Assembly: GCA_036785375.1 (NCBI GenBank)
Contig: JAWMAR010000399.1
Coordinates: 1,984,001 to 2,048,000 of the forward strand
Length of the DNA stretch: 64,000 nucleotides
Reading direction: 5' to 3'
Source of the DNA: Leucoraja ocellata
Taxonomy: Eukaryota
Each line of letters begins with the position of its first letter. The stretch's first letter is position 1. Under the pieces are notes generated by a model that ran no database searches, was not told where the DNA came from, and saw nothing but the letters and a program-made list of their open reading frames with translations. Shown piece by piece: positions 36,688-48,923 of the stretch. Both the position numbers and the translations under genes were made by a program.

Positions 36688-37893
36688 TCAGATTCAGATT
36701 CAGATTCAATTTTAATTGTCATTGTCAGTGTACAGTACAGAGACAACGAAATGCATTTAGCATCTCCTTTGAAGAGCGACATAGCAAACGATTTTGAATT
36801 AAAAAAAAAAAATAATAAGTGTCCGGGGGGGGGGGGGGGGGGTGATTGGCAGTCACCGAGGTACGTTGTTTAGTAGAGTGACAGCGGCCGGAAAGAAGCT
36901 GTTCCTCGACCAGCTGGTTCGGCAACGGAGAGACCTGTAGCGCCTCCTGGATGGTAGGAGGGTAAACAGTCCATGGTTGGGGTGAGAGCAGTCCTTGGCG
37001 ATGCTGAGCGCCCTCCGCAGACAGCGCTTGCTTTGGACAGACTCAATGGAGGGGAGCGTGGAACCGGTGATGCGTTGGGCAATTTTCACCACCCTCTGCA
37101 ATGCCTTCCGGTCGGAGACAGAGCAGTTGCCATACCATACTGTGATGCAGTTGGTAAGGATGCTCTCGATGGTGCAGCGGTAGAAGTTCACCAGGATCTG
37201 AGGAGACAGATGGACCTTCTTCAGTCTTCTCAGGAAGAAGAGACGCTGATGAGCCTTCTTGATCAGAGTAGAGGTATTGTGGGTCCAAGAGAGGTCATCG
37301 GAGATGTTGACTCCCAGGAACCTGAAGCTAGAAACACGTTCCACCTCCGTCCCGTTAATGTGGATGGGGGTGTGCGTGCCGCCTCTGGACTTCCTGAAGT
37401 CTACAATGAGCTCCTTGGTCTTCTTGGAGTTAAGGGCCAGGTTGTTGTCAGCGCACCATGCTGCTAAGTGCTGGACCTCCTCCCTGTAGGCCAGCTCATC
37501 GTTGTTGCTGATGAGGCCAATCACCGTTGTATCATCTGCATACTTGATGATGGTGTTAGTACCATGTACAGGTGTGCAGTCATAGGTGAAGAGGGAGTAG
37601 AGGAGGGGGCTCAGCACACAGCCCTGAGGAACGCCGGTGTTCAGGGTGAGGGTTGAAGAGGTGTGCTTGTCTAACCTCACAGACTGGGGTCTGTTGGTTA
37701 GAAAGTCCAGTATCCAGTTGCAGAGGGAGGGGTCGATGCCCAGGTTACCGAGTTTGGTGATCAGTTTTGATGGAATAATGGTGTTGAATGCTGAGCTGTA
37801 ATCGATGAACAGCATTCTTACATAAGTGTCTCTGTTGTCAAGGTGGGAGAGGGCGGAGTGAAGTGCCGTTGAGATGGCATCCTCCGTACTCCT
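36688..37893 (-). mobile_element. Young 5'-truncated Rex/Babar-type LINE of a second family
   Basis: Open ORF 36853-37815 ([22 protein letters not shown]); (TCTGAA)n tail; empty site at about 23825. Confidence 0.92.
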
Positions 37894-39120
37894 GGAATAT
37901 TGTGTGTAATTATGCCTCTTGCTCAGGAACAGATTTGATTTTACAGAGTGAACTGAAGATTGACCAGACTGCTACCTGAACTGGGGGGAACAGAATGAGG
38001 AGACATTCAGGAGGCTAGATGTTCCTTTAAAGTTTAGAGAATGAGAGTTGACCTCATTGAATCACATTAAAATCTTCGAGGGCAGGACAGGCTAGTTTTG
38101 TTGAGATTAATTGCCATGGACTTCAGACACTCAGAATGAGAAGTTGGTCCAAGTTATGAATGATAAGAAATGTTCAGTCCGTGGGTATTAATTTAAAATT
38201 GTGATCTATAAATGTCCACATGTTATTGGATTCTCCTGATGTAGGTAAATTACATGAAAAATGTTGTTTACATACAGGATCTTGTAGAGCAACTCTTAAT
38301 TCTCCTCTTACTATTCATGCATGAAGTATATTATTTACGGAGTCCACACATTAGGACCAATTCCTCAGACATCCGCATATTCTGCCCAACCAAAATGAAT
38401 AGAGTGTCCTCACTGTTAAACCAGCATTCTCCTCCCTTTGTCATTGTATCATCCTTATTGCCAATTCCTGTGTCACCTAAAACAGATAATGCCAGAGTGT
38501 GAATTACAACTTTTGTGGAGTGAAATGGTCTGAAAATCTATCCACTCAAGCTGTCATGCGGTATATATGAGTGCTTCCCCTGACCAACAGCAAGCAGTCA
38601 AGTCAGCCACTCTTCCTCCTATTCTGCTTACGGCAGGGTCTACTCTGCAACTCCTTGGTCGGCCCCCTCACTCCCTCATAGCACCTCACACAAACAAGGT
38701 GATTTCCACTCATATTAACTATTCCTTTCATTCCCAAAACCAATTTAACGGCCCCCAGTCTACCCCATTGCTATGGGAAGGCAATGATCTACATCTCCAA
38801 TTCCACTTACGTAACTAAAAACCCAATGTTATGAACGTTGCATTCAGGTAGCCTACACTCCCAACCTCTTCTCCCACGCACACTCACCTGTCCACCTATG
38901 TTTCTACTCTGTTCACCATTCCTACCTCTATCTCTATCTGTTTACATTTTCTATTTGTATCAGTATATTACCCCCAACGCTTCTGAAAATGCAAATACAC
39001 TGCAACCACGGTTTCTTCCACATTTTCCCGATGGACCTGAGGAAAGGGGTAGTTACTTGCTGAATTATTGTGATGACATTTTACACTCCACACTGACATG
39101 GTCAATTTTTTCATTTCTAG

Positions 39121-39150
39121 CATCGACAACAAGTCCGACTTCAACAACAG
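39121..39150 (+). CDS. Mucin-like micro-exon, 30 nt, (A)STTSPTSTT
   Basis: catttctag|CATCGACAACAAGTCCGACTTCAACAACAG|gtatgg. Confidence 0.8.
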
Positions 39151-39423
39151 GTATGGATTCAGCTGGGCCACAGCAGGTTGTTATCATTCATGTACACGGA
39201 CCAACATACTGATCTACAAAGCCACTGCAATGCTTGTTTTAAGATATCCATTCCAGTCTGAGCTTCCAACTGCTCCGTTAAGATCCCAATCTGCCCATAT
39301 CAAGAATGGTGTTGAATCTCTGCTTGCTACCTTTCCCATGTGTTTATTTAACGTTAAAATAAGTCTCCTAGAAATAGTTGATGGAATTACACAGCATTCT
39401 CCAGAACTAAACTTTATTTACAG

Positions 39424-39456
39424 CATCAACATCAACAACAACATCAACCTCAACAG
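39424..39456 (+). CDS. Mucin-like micro-exon, 33 nt, (A)STSTTTSTST
   Basis: tttatttacag|CATCAACATCAACAACAACATCAACCTCAACAG|gtacca. Confidence 0.78.
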
Positions 39457-40623
39457 GTACCAAGTTAGCAATGAAAATTAATACAATTTGCATGAACTTC
39501 ACAAGTCGCTGCATATTTCAATCCCCATATAACCCAATCGTATGAGCAAGGACACTCACGGACATGAGTCGATGGTTTAATTTAGTTTATTAATTTAATT
39601 TATTATTGTCATGTGTAGCAGAGTGCAATGAAAAGGTGTTTGTTGCAAGCTATCCAGTCAGCGAAAAGACTATGCATGATTACAATCAAGCTGTCCAGAA
39701 TGTACAGATGTTGGATGAAGGGTATAACATTTAGTGAAAGATAAATTCCAACAAAGTGTGATTAAAGATAGTTCTACTGTCTCCAATCATGTAAATGGAA
39801 GGTCAAGACTGCTTTCTAGCAGTGTCCCAGATACTGTCCCTGATTCTAGACATATAATTTCCAAACTTTTGTACCTCTTGACTGATGGGAGAGGAGTAAC
39901 CAGGGTGAGACAGGTCCTTGATTTTGCTGGTGGTCTTGCCGAAGCAGTGTGAAGGGTAAATGGGAGACAATGGAAGGGAGGTTGGTTTGTGTGATGGTCA
40001 CTGTTATTTCCACAATTCTCTGCAATTTCATGCGGTTTTGGATGGAACTGTTCACAAACCATGCTGTGAGGGATCCCAATGATATGCTTTCTAAGGCACA
40101 TACGTAATGGTTGGTGAGGATTGTTCGTGACATTCCAAACTTCCAAAGCCTTCTAAGGATGTGTGGCATTGGTGTGCATTCTTGACCATTGCTTCGATGT
40201 GGCTGGTCCAGGACAAATTGCGAGTACTATTTCTTCCTAAGACCGTGAAGCTTTCAATCATCTCTTCTTTGGCACTATCAATGTGTGTGCACTGCTTCGT
40301 TTCCTGAAGTCGATCACAATCTCTGAACCGAAGACAATACTAATAATCAGAAAACTTACTCCAGCAATTATGTAATGTTTTTGGACAGTCAAACTGACAT
40401 TACCCATTGAAATGTAGACCAGCTGGATGATAATTTAATTCCGGATCCTCTTGACATGAGATACCTCATCAAAGCACAATTTCATGATTTAAGCTTTGGA
40501 GATTTTTCGAGAAAAGCAGGGTGACTATTTAGTATTTGACATTAACAGCACAAGATCTCAGTGGGTTCATTGAATTCTGTCCCCCTGTTCGCTTCAGGAT
40601 GACACTTGTCATGTGGACTATAA

Positions 40624-42639
40624 TAGGCCTTTTTCACGGGGCGACTTGACGCAAGATGTAGCCAGAGTGAAGTGGTCGTGGTCTAGCACGATATCACACG
40701 ATATAACGGGGGGGTAGACAAAGAGTTCCCACGGTAATCGTCATTTCTGTTATTTGTGCGAGAGACTTGTCCATCTCCCGAGCTTTCCCGTTAAATCTTG
40801 AATGACATTGTAACTGTCAAGTGTAATTAATCATCATGTGGCACAAATGATGTCACTTTTTTTTTCACACACTATAAATATCCTCCCTTGGTTGAATTGG
40901 TCTATACACACACAAAGCAGAGTTTTACTGTGTATGTGGGAGACACAGATGGAGTGAGCACAGTTACTGAGGCAGAGTCTCTCAGCCTGTGTGAGAGGGA
41001 GGGAGCGAGAGAGAGAGAGGCACGCACAAGGTGGATGTGAAATCTCACCTGCCTATTTCAGTGACAGACACCCGCCGCCAGTAAATGAAGCCACCCCCAT
41101 CTGTCTCCCCCTCCTCTCCCTCGACTCCCCCACCTTTCCCTCCCAACTCCAGTCCCGTCCCGACTCCCTGGGAAACTGAAGGGAGCAACAATTAATTGCT
41201 GCCTGCCCGCTGAGTTAAAGAGTTCCCACGGTAAGACGATGTTAGTTGCGCCCAAGTTTAAATTTCCAACGTGTGTTTCAGAGTAAATCAAAAACTGTCT
41301 GAATCAGCAAGTTAGACACAAAATGCTGGAGTAACTCAGCGGGCCAAGCAGCATCTCTGGAGAAAAGGAATAGATTCCATTTTTGGTCGGGACCCTTCTT
41401 CGGGATGATTGTAGGGGGTAACTGGAAGCAAGAAAAGACCGGGACAAATCAGGGCCAACAACAGATGACCTCAGCAGGGTATTTTGAAGAAGGGTCGCGA
41501 CCCGAAATGTCGCCTAACCCTTTCCTCCAGAGATGCTGCCTGACCCACTGAATCGCTCCAGCACTTTATGTCTATATTTGGTTCCCTGATAGGCCAATTG
41601 TTGGCTAGGGATAGTGTGATCCCAATAGGGAACCAGCGTTGCAAACCTTGGACTGGTTAACCGACAATTACTGCATGGGGGAGGGGGGGCAGGAGGGGGT
41701 GGGCGTGGGAGAGAGAGAGAGTTTAAGTTACCTAAAATTAAATAATTCAATGTTCATAGTGAACACGGACACAAAATGTTGGTGTAACTCAGCAGGTAAG
41801 TCAGATCTGGGAAGAAAAACATAAAAAGCTGGAGTAAGTCAGCGTGTCAGGCAGCATCTCTGGAGAAAAAGTATAGGTGGCAAATCGAATCGGAACCCTT
41901 CTTCAGACATCCTAATCGGAATTGAGTCTGAAGATGTGTCTCGTCCCGAAACATCACCTATTTTTCTCCAGAGATGCTGCTGGACTCGCTGAGTTACTCC
42001 AGCTTTTTGTGTCTTTCTTCGTTTTAAACCAGCATGTGCAGTTCACTCCTTTACACGGGTCTCTGGAGAACATTGATTGGTAGCATTCCGGACCCTGCTT
42101 CGGAAAGGCATCGATCGCTGATTGGCGAGGACTCCGAGCTGTATCTCTCAAAGAAGTACATGTGCAAAATTTCTCACGGACCATAAAAATGCGGGACCTT
42201 TCAGTAAAGTCCCTTTTAAAGATTATAGTTATTTTCTTGAAACTCTAACATAACTCATGAATAAGTTGATGTCCATATGCGGATGCAAATCTTTATTTTT
42301 TAAATTCCACAGAAGACAATTTTTACTCACCTTCTGTCCCCTCTGTCCAGCTTCCGGGTTCACCGTTCGCAGGTGTTCCCACGGTTCACGCAAGAGTCAG
42401 TACGGATATCGCACTCGCCACTACGTGCATATAATGTTGCAATGTTCAACCACAAGTGTACAAGTCACTCTTGGAGAAATTCAAGCTTGTTTGAATTTTC
42501 TCCCGAGTCACCAAGTTACACGAGTACCTGCCGTTAGCGCCACGGTGGTCCACGAATGCCGTACGGTTATCGTAAGAGGTTCCCACGATGTTCAACTCTG
42601 GTTAACTCTTGCGTCAAGTCACCCCGTGAAAAAGGGGTT
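40624..42639. mobile_element. Non-autonomous PIF/Harbinger-like DNA transposon (about 2 kb) with nested SINE/Penelope-type pieces
   Basis: About 45-bp imperfect TIRs (cctttttcacgggg(c/t)gacttgacgcaaga...ccagagt); TAA on both flanks. Confidence 0.8.
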
Positions 42640-42820
42640 TAACAGAGAACTATGTTTACGTACATTATCTGTTGTGCTGATGCCAGTCAGGATTTCATTG
42701 TTTCGTTTCAGGACATATGACAATAAAACATTCCTGAAACTTCAGCTTCGGCATTTCCGCATGGTTAGAAACCCAGATTACACTCGTTTTTCCTCCAACT
42801 TCTCCTTATTTCTATTCCAG

Positions 42821-42868
42821 GCAAAATGACAACCTATGTATATGATCATCAAACATCAACGCCAGAAG
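42821..42868 (+). CDS. Spacer micro-exon, 48 nt, (G)KMTTYVYDHQTSTPE
   Basis: ttctattccag|GCAAAATG...CCAGAAG|gtaatg. Confidence 0.72.
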
Positions 42869-44114
42869 GTAATGAAACCATTATTATCATGTGATTCCCA
42901 TTCAGATTAATAAGGACCTGAATGGAAACAGAACCAGTTGGAAGTGACCATTGAATGGGTGATTAGGGTGTGATCATGACCTGGTAAAATCTCCTCTACC
43001 TCATGTTAAATCCATACCATTTTCAGGCAACTAACAGGTTATTGCCTTTGATTATGGGATGAGCAATCCTTTGTATGTCTAATCTAATCAAATATAACAG
43101 CATCCACCCATGTAACTCTGGAATGCTGCCAAGATTCATTTTTTAGCACTGTCGCCATTTATTTTAATTCCCAACTATGTCCTGTAGATTGGTTTATGCA
43201 TGAGAACCAATCATAGTAGAATAGGATCACTAACCCCATCCTACTGTACGATTTATACTAACACCCACTTCCTACACTGGTCAGTCTTGGAAACGGTCAT
43301 GATGTTCTAACAACTAACAACCTGCTGTACTGCTTTAATACGAATACTGATTAAAGATGATCTTGGACTTCAGATTGTATTCTTTGGCTATATACATGTC
43401 CAAACATCTGTCTATCACTGCTTTGAATGAACGCATTGACTAAGCCTTTATAGCCAGATGTGTTCTCACCATGCTCCTCAATAACTACAATCAAACGGCT
43501 TGGGTCTGATCAAATATTCTCGTAGTAAACGTGAACTTACCATCTGCCTTTAGCCACAACGACCTTCTGGAGGAATTCAGCAGCACAGACAAGATCTGAG
43601 GAGGGAATTGAACTGTGAACGTTTCACATTGGGAACCTTCTTGATTTCCTGTTATATACCGAAGTGCACGACTCCACATTTACCCACCACCCATTGTGTG
43701 AAAACCTTGTGCCTCAGAATTGTAGTAAATCTTTCCCCTTTCACCGTAAATCTATGTCCTCTGGTTCTTGATCCCCCTATTCTGGGTAAAAGAGTCTGTG
43801 CATCTCCTCTACCTATCCCCTCGTGATCTTTTACACCTTTATCAGATCACCCCTATTCTTCCTTGCTCCAAGGATTACAGTCCTGGCCTGCCTAACCTCT
43901 ACTATAGCTCAGGCCCACAGGTCCTGGCACCATCCTCGTTAATATTCTCAGCACCGTTTCCAGCTTAACACATCGTTCCAATGGCAGGGAAAGATTTTAC
44001 AATAATGGCATGAAGTTTCCAATTCAATATCCTGAGAACTGGTTCTATGAACTGAGGGAAAATTGAATGATATTCTACTCCGCCTATTCACACAAACTAA
44101 TGTCTTCCTTCCAG

Positions 44115-44141
44115 CACCAACATCGACAACAACTTCAACAA
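44115..44141 (+). CDS. Mucin-like micro-exon, 27 nt, (A)PTSTTTST
   Basis: ctaat branch-like motif; cttccttccag|CACCAACATCGACAACAACTTCAACAA|gtaagt. Confidence 0.8.
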
Positions 44142-44764
44142 GTAAGTGATGAACAACACATTAACAATTACACTTCGCATTAACTTGGGAACAACTATTC
44201 CCAGGATGTTAACTAGTTTCTTTTGATGAAGTGGAGGAGAGTGTTTTAATACTTTCAGTCAAAACCTTAATATAATTAGACATTTTATCTTAACCTTTCT
44301 GAGTATATTGTAAACTTTGGAAATTATGAAATGAGAGGCAAAAATTCTGCTCTGTCATAATTTTACTGAAATAAAATTTGGGATCTACACAACTGAGACA
44401 TTGAGATTATCATGGCAGTGAATTACACATTTTGTCGACAGTCACAACTTCTTCCTCAGGGTGGAAATGTCCAACATGAGAGAGCACAGCTATCATGTGA
44501 GTGGGGGAGTTTAATGAAGATGTCCAGGGGAAATGTTTTAATGCAGATAGCGGGGGCTGGACGTCGGAACACATTGCCAGGAGTAGTGGTGGAGGCATAC
44601 ACTATAGTGCCGTTTAAGAGGCTTTTTGATTGGCACATTGAAGTACAGGGAAGAGAGGGATTGAATTGCCAATCAGTAAAACAATTGATTGGTTGCAGCA
44701 AGTGAACTTCAGGTCAGGTCAGATGCAGGAACATTAAAAAGCCCGTCCGTGGACAGATCTATAA

Positions 44765-45660
44765 AATAAGAAAAAACCTTTTCACCCAGAGAGTTGTGAA
44801 TTTGTGGAATTCCCTGCCACAGAGGGCAGCGGAGGCCAAATCACTGCATGGATTTAAGAGAGAGTGAGATAAAGCTCTAGGGGCTAGTAGAATCAAGGGA
44901 AATGGGGAGATGGCAGGCACGGGTTATTGATTGGGGACGATCAGCCATGATCACACTGAATGGTGGTGCTGGTTTGAAGGGCCGAATGGCCTTCTCCTGC
45001 ACCTATTTTTTCTATGGTTCTAGAGGAGCATATTAAACCTTGAAATTAACCTAGCCAGGTGACAGGTGTAACAGCCGTAGAGTATTTTGATCACAACTCC
45101 ATGAGTTTTGATGTGGACACATGGAACTACAGATGCCGGATAAGTTTTAAGTTTGTTGTGAAGAGTGATAAGTCTGGACCTTGCGGGAAGGTACTAAATT
45201 GGGGGAATTGTAGATTACAGCAACATTTAGCAGGAGCTAGGGTGAGTAAAGTGAGCCGCTGTCATTGGGCAAGTACTCATCTGACCGATAGGAGACTTAT
45301 ACTGGCAAGTTGATCAGTGTTTAAGACCAACATGTTTCAACAAGGAGGTAGGATAAGGATGGCAATGGAAGGGAACCTTGTCTGATCACAGAGGTTGTAA
45401 CAGCTCAAAAGAAAAATGAACTCTATGTAAGGATTAGAAAGAAGAAATCAGACAAGTACTTTGAGGAATATAAAGCGATCAGGAAATAAATCACGCTGGC
45501 AATTGGTGAACAAAAATCCCAAGGCTTTGTATACATCCATGAAAATCCATAGGGTAACAAGGAAACAGTAGGACTGATCATGGATAAAGAAGGGAATTTG
45601 TGCTTGTAGTCAGAGGATGTATACAAGGTAGTAAACGAGTACTTTGCATCAATGGTGTTT
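44765..45660 (+). mobile_element. CR1 3' end followed by decayed CR1 ORF2 interior
   Basis: cagagagttgtgaatttgtggaattc...cagccatgatcac...tttctatg tail; copy at about 59480-60380. Confidence 0.75.
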
Positions 45661-46075
45661 TCATGGTCCCTTATGTTTTTAAGCAGGAGCACAAAAATGT
45701 TTCTTGAATATAAATTAACTTTACAGAAAACTATCAATGTTCTGTTGATACATATTTTAGTACAAATATACCAATGATTTTCTGAAATATTCATATTCAT
45801 CTCAAATTTAAATACGTGGACAGAGTGATGTAGATTTTGGGAAAGCAGTGGGAAAGTGATCTTGGAAAAGAAAGGTGCATTCAACAATTTTCACAATATA
45901 ATTCTGATCTTTTGTTATCAAGTTCAAGATTAAATGGAGGACCAAAACGGCCCAATATTTTGCAATGTTACGTAGGTGTAGCAATCATGAGAAAAGATAG
46001 ACCAGTAGACAGATGGACAGGATCGAGATGAAATTTTACATTACACACTGACATGGTCAATTTTCTCATTTCCAG

Positions 46076-46105
46076 CATCGACAACAACTCCGACTTCAAC
46101 AACAG
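46076..46105 (+). CDS. Mucin-like micro-exon, 30 nt, xSTTTPTSTT
   Basis: catttccag|CATCGACAACAACTCCGACTTCAACAACAG|gtatgg. Confidence 0.8.
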
Positions 46106-46526
46106 GTATGGTATCAACTGGGCCACAGCAGGTTGTTATCATTCATGTACACGGACCAACAGACTGATCTTCTACAAAGCCACTGCGACGCTTTATTTAG
46201 ACCTACATTCCAGTGTGAAGAACTACGTTCCTTATTCCTAATACATCAACCCAGAATCTTCATCAGAATATTCATAGACATACCGAATCTCCTCAATCTT
46301 TGAGGAAAGAAGAGGCATTGATGGATATTGTTGAGATTACATCAATGTACTGGGCCCAGAACAGATCTTCAGAGATATGCATGCCCAGTAACTTGAAAGA
46401 GTTGACTCTCTCCATCGTCATTGCAGAAGGTAGCACCAGTGAAGGGACAAATACTATGTTGATTTTAGTGTTGTCAGATTTATTCTACAATCCCCGAACT
46501 CACATCTTCAATTGCATCACTTGCAG

Positions 46527-46553
46527 AGTCAGTAACATCATCATCAACCACAG
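46527..46553 (+). CDS. Mucin-like micro-exon, 27 nt, (E)SVTSSSTT
   Basis: cacttgcag|AGTCAGTAACATCATCATCAACCACAG|gtatga. Confidence 0.75.
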
Positions 46554-46819
46554 GTATGATCACAGCCCCATCTCAAAAGTCTGCTCCCATTATCCCAGGA
46601 ACATCAATCTTAAATTAATTCTGCTGATTTTCAATTCATCTCAATGCAATTTAATTATATCTTCAACAGCAGCATCTGCTGCAACTATTCAAGAAGGCTT
46701 TACAAAATAATTCCATGATGTTTACAATTCAATATCCTGAGAACTGGTTCTGAGAACTGGGAGATGATGGAAAGATATTCCAGTCTGCCTATTCACACAA
46801 ACTAATGTGTTTCTTCCAG

Positions 46820-46849
46820 CACCAACATCGACCACAACTTCAACAACAA
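46820..46849 (+). CDS. Mucin-like micro-exon, 30 nt, (A)PTSTTTSTT
   Basis: tttcttccag|CACCAACATCGACCACAACTTCAACAACAA|gtaagt. Confidence 0.8.
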
Positions 46850-48165
46850 GTAAGTAATGAACAACATGTTAACAATTACACAATGCATTAACCTGGGAAC
46901 AACTATTCCCAGGACGTGAACTTGTTACACTTGATGAGGTGAAGGAGAGTATTTTAATATTTTCAGACATGGAGTTCATCATGGAAGTAAATTCAGGAAT
47001 TTGTGTACATTCAGATTATTTTATTATTCTCAGGGTGGAAATGTCTAACACTAGCTCACATAGCTATCAGATGAGTGTGAGATTTTAATGAAGATGGGTT
47101 GGGCAAATGTTTTGATGTAGATAGTGGGGTGGGAGGAGGGCTATAGCACATTGCATGGGTAAACCTGATCTACTCATTGAAGACAGAGGGTTGCAGTGCA
47201 ATGGTATTATTATTGCAGGAGGTCTTTGACGAATGGAATTCTGAGTGATCCGTTGGAGAAAATTGTGTGTTTGACCTGTTCTTTGCCTCCCTCCCACCAT
47301 TCCCCACTCCACTCTGTCTCTCCCTCGACTGTTTGCCCGACAGGGATTAACGATCTGCTATAGCAACAACAAAGTGCAGGTTCTGGTTTTCCAAATAAGG
47401 AAAGCCACAATCCGAAATGTTGCTAATCCATGTTCTCCACAGATGAGGCCTGACACGCTAAGTTACTCCAGCATTTGTGTCTTTTTTTAAATGTCCTGCG
47501 GACTGCCTTTCTAGAGTTTCCAGAAGTGCTGCTTTTACTTCAGTGAATGAAACACTGGAAACCACCCGTAAACAATGAGAAGACGTACGATAGGCATCAC
47601 AATCTGGCCAAGACAGCAGGCTGTCTGACAATCGTAGTCCTTAAACGTCTTTCCAGTGGCATCACAATTAAGATTTCCCATTGGAAGATGATGGATAGAA
47701 TATACGTATATATCCTGCATACAAATGAATTCCTTGCCTCTCAGCAACAATCACCCATCAAATTTATGAACATGTGTGAAACTATACTACAGATATTTCT
47801 TAAAAAAGTAGGGAGAATATGATGATGCATTTGTACTCTGAGGATTCCAGACAGGGCTGTCAATGGTTATGCTAGAAAGCAGGGGCACAAAAATGTTTCC
47901 TGAACATAAAAAGAGTTTGCAGAAAACAATCAATATTCTGTTAAAACCTATCTGGGGAAAAGAGAGGCAGATTCAACTATTTTCTCAAAATAATTCTAAT
48001 CTTTTGTTTTCATGTTACATATTAAATGGAGATCCAAAACTATGAAATGTTTTGCAATATTACATATGTGTAGCAACCATGAGGAAAGATAGACGGGTGG
48101 ACAGATGGACAGGATTGAGATGAAATTTGACACTCCACTGACATGGTCATTTGTCTCATTTCCAG

Positions 48166-48195
48166 CATCGACAACGACCCCAACTTCAACAACAG
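48166..48195 (+). CDS. Mucin-like micro-exon, 30 nt, xSTTTPTSTT
   Basis: catttccag|CATCGACAACGACCCCAACTTCAACAACAG|gtatgg. Confidence 0.8.
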
Positions 48196-48473
48196 GTATG
48201 GTATCAGCTGGGCCACAGCAGGTTGTTATCATTCATATACATGGACCAACACACTGATCTTTTATAAAGACACTGCAACACTTGTTTTCAGACCTCCATT
48301 CCAGTCTGAGCCTCCACATTCCTTTCACCTCCCATTCCAAGGGCCGCATTGAATGGTGTGGAATCTCTGCTTGTGTTACCTTTGTCACGGATTTATTTAA
48401 CTCCAAACTACTCACCCAATGATGGAATTGCTCAGATTCCTCTGGAACTAAACAGACAGATCTTGATTTACAG

Positions 48474-48503
48474 CGTCAACATTTCAAACAACTACTTCAA
48501 CAG
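48474..48503 (+). CDS. Mucin-like micro-exon, 30 nt, (A)STFQTTTST
   Basis: gatttacag|CGTCAACATTTCAAACAACTACTTCAACAG|gtaata. Confidence 0.78.
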
Positions 48504-48896
48504 GTAATAAGTTAGCAACAATAATGTAGCAAATGTCATGATCCTCACAAGTTGCTGTAAGTTTCAATCCAAAAAAAATCCACTCATAAGAGCATGCACA
48601 TTTAAGGACATAAGTTGATTAAACCAGCAGTGTGGACACATTTAATAATCAAAATACCTACTTAATCCATAATATTTCAACACCCCCCGTCCCGCCCCCA
48701 GTAGTCACATTGAACAAGTGCTTCTTATAGTGCAATAGATGAAGTGCAGCCGGTCAAGATGCTGGGTCCACACCTGCTCCTCAAGGGAGATCAGGATGGG
48801 CAATAAATGCTGGTCTCGCCAGTATGGCTCATCCCATAGATAATTAATATATACCAATAGTTTTATTCTCTTTTTCTATTCCCATTCATCTTTCAG

Positions 48897-48923
48897 AACC
48901 TATTGTTCGTGGCACCCCCGAAA
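48897..48923 (+). CDS. Non-PTS spacer micro-exon, 27 nt, (E)PIVRGTPE
   Basis: Long pyrimidine tract; catctttcag|AACCTATTGTTCGTGGCACCCCCGAAA|gtaagt. Confidence 0.7.

Larger units (their letters stand above)
43850..46240. repeat. Duplicated block, paralogous to about 58660-60910
   Basis: Matching ORFs 44412/59170, 45059/59834 and 46053/60751. Confidence 0.9.
47260..48660. repeat. Duplicated block, paralogous to about 62582-63960
   Basis: Matching ORFs 47547/62868, 47863/63166 and 47996/63311. Confidence 0.9.

Noticed and set aside
36799-36843. Poly-A and poly-G runs
   Set aside because: Part of the 3' UTR of the young Rex-type LINE; homopolymer length is unreliable
42257-42829. 190-aa ORF
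   Set aside because: Spans a transposon TIR and intron sequence, with no recognisable domain
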